Source: an uncultured virus (IMG/VR IMGVR_UViG_3300033992_000883) (Duplodnaviria > Heunggongvirae > Uroviricota > Caudoviricetes). From it: 20,000 nucleotides of DNA. Under the pieces are notes generated by a model. The model was not told the origin of the DNA, did no database searches, and saw only the letters and a list, made by a program, of their open reading frames with translations. The stretch lies in the IMG/VR virus record IMGVR_UViG_3300033992_000883, one strand, 5' to 3'. Made by a program: the position numbers and the translations under genes. Of the stretch, positions 17,543 through 20,000 are shown in pieces. Position 1 is the first letter of the stretch. Every line of letters starts with the position of its first letter.

Positions 17543-18206
17543 ATCCTATAATTTTAATTTTCTCATCTCTTTCAACCAGTGTTTTATACAACTCTATATC
17601 TGTAGACCATTCTTTACCGGTCCAAAACTCAAACCCCAAATAGCTTCCTTTATAGAGGCAGCATAACTCATAGCCTCCTAATAAATATACATACTCGCAA
17701 CCTAAGATCTTGGCAGTTTCACATTCATAGTATTGAGCAACTGTACCCAGGGAAAGTTTTGGATCCTGATAATCCCATATAAACTGGTATGCCACAAACT
17801 GTGTTTCAAACTGTCTATACAAACTAATACCTACCAGATGATCTGTCCAGTATTCTATAACTTGGCAATCTTTAAAAGACTCTAGTTTAATATCTCTTTT
17901 AAACCCATGGTGATTACAGTACTTTTCATAGAGCTCAGTATAAGTTTCTTGATGTGCTAATACATCTCCTATGGCAACAGTAACTTTTTTAGATAATTTC
18001 TTTGTAGTCTTAGTGGGCCTATAAATACTTAGGTTTAATCTGGTGCTCCGTTCATTATACCACTTATCCTCCCATGGTATCCATCCTTGGTGTAATGCAT
18101 CTGTAGTAGATTCATCAGGATCAAGTATACCATAGGCACCGTTAACTATAACCTCCAGGTCACTAACCTTACCAAACCCAGAGACATGATCAAAGAATAC
18201 TTTCAT
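17532..18206 (-). CDS. ATE1/Bpt-like aminoacyl-tRNA-protein transferase
   Basis: RLNLSIYRPTKTTKK, LYEKY, IEYW...LVGIS, FIWDYQDPKLSLGT...AKILGCEYVYLLGGY...YKGSY...EFW parallel the ATE_C consensus (FYDPD..xSLGT...AxxLGxxYxYLGY...YKxxF). Confidence 0.75.
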   Translation of the reverse strand: MKVFFDHVSGFGKVSDLEVIVNGAYGILDPDESTTDALHQGWIPWEDKWYNERSTRLNLSIYRPTKTTKKLSKKVTVAIGDVLAHQETYTELYEKYCNHHGFKRDIKLESFKDCQVIEYWTDHLVGISLYRQFETQFVAYQFIWDYQDPKLSLGTVAQYYECETAKILGCEYVYLLGGYELCCLYKGSYLGFEFWTGKEWSTDIELYKTLVERDEKIKIIGYDI

Positions 18207-18646
18207 TTTTTAAAGAACCCTTTCTTAGGTTTTTCCTTAGTATTAAACCCTAACTTCTCAACAATTTTGTTAGCTTGTTCTTCTGCATAACTAATTACCT
18301 CTTCTTCCTTATCCTTTATGTTCCAGTTATTTAGTAATATACTCATGTGCATAGTTTCATGCATAACAGCTGTAGCTTTCTCTGTAGAGGAATATTTTTC
18401 AAAGGGACCCATGTTCAAAAACAAGAATGGTTTATGCGGAGCTTTTGCTGTAAGCTTCTTATCATTAGGATCATAGTTGGTCCAACCATAAATATAAACC
18501 CCATTACCTACAGTTTTGTCTACTTCTTCTGCTTGAGCATCTTTACGGTTTAACCCATGCATTTCTTCTACATCATAATAATCAAATATCTCGGTAGCAT
18601 TTTTACCAACAAGGAGCACATACTCCCCCATGTCAATCTTTTTCAT
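18203..18646 (-). CDS. Putative zinc metallopeptidase (HExxH)
   Basis: FLFLN strand, then AVMHETMH and downstream EEEVISYAE (third-ligand candidate). Confidence 0.6.
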   Translation of the reverse strand: MKKIDMGEYVLLVGKNATEIFDYYDVEEMHGLNRKDAQAEEVDKTVGNGVYIYGWTNYDPNDKKLTAKAPHKPFLFLNMGPFEKYSSTEKATAVMHETMHMSILLNNWNIKDKEEEVISYAEEQANKIVEKLGFNTKEKPKKGFFKK

Positions 18647-18651
18647 AATTA

Positions 18652-18677
18652 CAAATATATATATATAATATACAAAA
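18652..18677 (-). promoter_or_regulatory. Putative late motif TTTTGTATATTA (18677-18666) plus TATATTTG (18659-18652)
   Basis: 12-mer is 19 nt upstream of ATG 18646, overlapping the terminator T-run. Confidence 0.55.
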
Positions 18678-18708
18678 AAAACCCCGGACTTTTATATCCA
18701 GGGTTTTT
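18674..18708 (-). terminator. Intrinsic terminator (possibly bidirectional)
   Basis: AAAAACCCTGGA-TATAAAAG-TCCGGGGTTTTTTTT. Confidence 0.8.
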
Positions 18709-18748
18709 GAACAAGTAAAACTTTTAAGTAATGATACTTAATAAATCT
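18674..18748 (-). ncRNA. Candidate small RNA B (about 75 nt)
   Basis: Consensus promoter upstream, no ATG, internal hairpin TTAAGTA-TCAT-TACTTAA, ends in strong terminator. Confidence 0.5.
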
Positions 18749-18751
18749 ATA

Positions 18752-18782
18752 CAAACATACAAACTTTTTTTAAAATTTCAAA
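18752..18782 (-). promoter_or_regulatory. Bacteroidota-type promoter TTTG-N19-TATGTTTG
   Basis: -33 at 18782-18779, -7 at 18759-18752. Confidence 0.65.
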
Positions 18783-18809
18783 TTTTCCTATAGAATTTTT
18801 ATAACATAT

Positions 18810-19050
18810 TAGAGATGGTGTTGGGTCCTCACTACAAGGCCCCCCGGCCTCTCCGCTCGGCAGGGGTACCCCCTGGTCAAGCCAGCTGTCCAAATGAATT
18901 TGTCCATCTGTCTAAAAAAATTTTCCTGGCAGAAAATGTTTTTGTTAGCCTATGCCATGCTATGCATGTCATGGCTACTGTCCTAGTCATGCTTCACATG
19001 ACATATGACAGAGGGAGGGTCTAGCCCTTGTCATAATATAAAATAAAATT
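18810..19050. other. GC-rich, hairpin-rich non-coding strand-switch region (candidate genome terminus/packaging site/origin)
   Basis: GGGGTACCCC palindrome 18863-18872, several inverted repeats, divergent transcription on either side. Confidence 0.5.
19020..19037 (+). promoter_or_regulatory. Putative early promoter motif TCTAGCCCTT-GTCATAAT (copy 1)
   Basis: Core ends 28 nt upstream of ATG 19058; repeated at 19314 and 19965. Confidence 0.6.
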
Positions 19051-19057
19051 TTATCTT

Positions 19058-19288
19058 ATGAATAGTATTATCATTCGGGTTATATCTAACCCTCATTCTA
19101 AAACTAGTTGGATCATCTATCCCAACGGCATGAAGCCTTTTGTGATAGCTAAATCCAAGGCCAAAAGCCTTAAGCCTAATAAGGCCTACCTTGTAGACCT
19201 TAAGTCTAAGACTTATGGCAATGGCACCAAGACCTTTGTCTATGCAGTCAAAGTCCATGGTGAGCTAACAATAAAGAAGGGTAAATAA
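19058..19288 (+). CDS. Small basic hypothetical (putative early) protein
   Basis: 76 aa, A-rich leader, immediately followed by terminator. Confidence 0.7.
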   Translation: MNSIIIRVISNPHSKTSWIIYPNGMKPFVIAKSKAKSLKPNKAYLVDLKSKTYGNGTKTFVYAVKVHGELTIKKGK

Positions 19289-19303
19289 CCCTTCTTTATT
19301 TTT
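19270..19303 (+). terminator. Intrinsic terminator
   Basis: 13-bp perfect stem AATAAAGAAGGGT / ACCCTTCTTTATT with 5-nt loop plus T-run. Confidence 0.8.
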
Positions 19304-19331
19304 CCCTTCTTTTTCTAGCCCTTAACTTAAT
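19301..19331 (+). promoter_or_regulatory. Putative early promoter motif (copy 2)
   Basis: TTTCCCTTCTTTTTCTAGCCCTTAACTTAAT; 27/31 identical to 19952-19982. Confidence 0.65.
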
Positions 19332-19356
19332 TGGTTAACCAATTAATTTATAATTT

Positions 19357-19890
19357 ATGCTTTCAGCAAAATTCCTTAAGATGGGCAAAGGCGGAGCCTT
19401 AGCCATCTATGAAGTTCGCGGAACTTCATCTGAGTTGTCTAATTTCATTAGCAACAATTTTAAAGATAGAGAACCTATCTTTAAAAGCACCATTGATGGG
19501 AAACCCATCAAAGATGCTAATGGAAATAAAGTTCCACTTTATTTCACTTCTTACCCGTTGCCGGGCAAGAATATTTGGCACCCTTTGTACCAAGTACAAA
19601 TGGGTGACAATGCAGGTTCTTGGACTTTGGACAAGTCCGAACTGCAATTTGAGTCTCTTGTTGCCAAGAGCCAAGGCGCTGACTTAGGTCAGGCCATAGC
19701 AAGTGAACTTGCTAAGAAGTGGACTGCAAGCAGTGCCCCTGTATCTTCCTCTGCATCAAACATATTTGATGAAGATGAAGAAGATGATGCTGATGATGAT
19801 AACATCACAGCAGAGTCTGCATCAGAAGATGCAAACATGGATGAACTTCAAGAAGTTGCATCCACAGCTAAGGCTTCAAAGAAGCCATAG
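19357..19890 (+). CDS. Putative early protein with acidic low-complexity C-terminus (SSB-like architecture)
   Basis: 177 aa; aromatic/beta-rich N-terminal domain, DEDEEDDADDD tail. Confidence 0.75.
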   Translation: MLSAKFLKMGKGGALAIYEVRGTSSELSNFISNNFKDREPIFKSTIDGKPIKDANGNKVPLYFTSYPLPGKNIWHPLYQVQMGDNAGSWTLDKSELQFESLVAKSQGADLGQAIASELAKKWTASSAPVSSSASNIFDEDEEDDADDDNITAESASEDANMDELQEVASTAKASKKP

Positions 19891-19899
19891 CAAAATAAT

Positions 19900-19938
19900 A
19901 AGAGTAGCCACTAACGTGGTTACTCTTTTATTTTTTTT
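19900..19938 (+). terminator. Intrinsic terminator
   Basis: AAGAGTAGCCAC-TAAC-GTGGTTACTCTT followed by T-run. Confidence 0.85.
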
Positions 19939-19951
19939 GATACCTGAAACA

Positions 19952-19982
19952 TTTCCCTTTCTTTTCTAGCCCTTATCTTGAT
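19952..19982 (+). promoter_or_regulatory. Putative early promoter motif (copy 3)
   Basis: TTTCCCTTTCTTTTCTAGCCCTTATCTTGAT right after terminator; downstream gene lies outside window. Confidence 0.6.
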
Positions 19983-20000
19983 TTGCATTTGTATTCCTAA

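Noticed and set aside
1220..18553. Plus-strand and alternate-frame ORFs overlapping the minus-strand genes (e.g. 1220-1522, 5826-6047, 10651-11064, 15991-16266, 18347-18553)
   Set aside because: Shadow ORFs of well-supported genes, with low-complexity antisense composition.
18815..19024. 69-aa plus-strand ORF in the GC-rich region
   Set aside because: Runs through palindromes, atypical composition, no leader; better explained as non-coding.
18810..19050. tRNA or known riboswitch
   Set aside because: No cloverleaf, TTC-arm or recognisable aptamer by eye; an Rfam scan would be needed to exclude fully.
1091..19890. Stop-codon reassignment as in some gut Crassvirales
   Set aside because: Long genes are intact in the standard code; TAG (portal, 19890), TGA and TAA all end genes at tight junctions.
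19031..19969. ORFs 19031-19258, 19409-19687, 19426-19674, 19703-19969
   Set aside because: Overlap two genes that have clear leaders and terminators; one crosses a terminator.

Overview
AT-rich fragment of a crAss-like (Crassvirales-type) bacteriophage, most likely infecting a Bacteroidota host (TAnnTTTG promoters, A-rich leaders without Shine-Dalgarno sites). Bases 1-18,650 are read leftwards (minus strand). In transcription order they carry an accessory block (HExxH peptidase-like, ATE1/Bpt-like aminoacyl-tRNA-protein transferase, GroES-like, DUF3310-like), a block of fibre/decoration-like structural genes, a lysis cassette (holin-like genes plus PG-binding/amidase endolysin), and the packaging/head block (HU/IHF-like, PD-(D/E)xK nuclease, terminase large subunit, portal, truncated scaffold-like gene). 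A GC-rich, hairpin-dense non-coding region (about 18,810-19,050) marks a strand switch, after which small plus-strand genes sit in repeated motif-gene-terminator cassettes. Most interesting: (i) a phage N-degron-type transferase translationally coupled to a metallopeptidase-like gene and close to a co-chaperonin; (ii) two paralogous ORF-less promoter-to-terminator cassettes (candidate sRNAs) flanking that operon; (iii) two phage-specific promoter-like motifs (TCTAGCCCTT on the plus arm, TTTWGTATATTA on the minus arm) alongside host-type promoters; (iv) strong, context-specific CpG avoidance. All family assignments come from motif recognition by eye, not from database searches.
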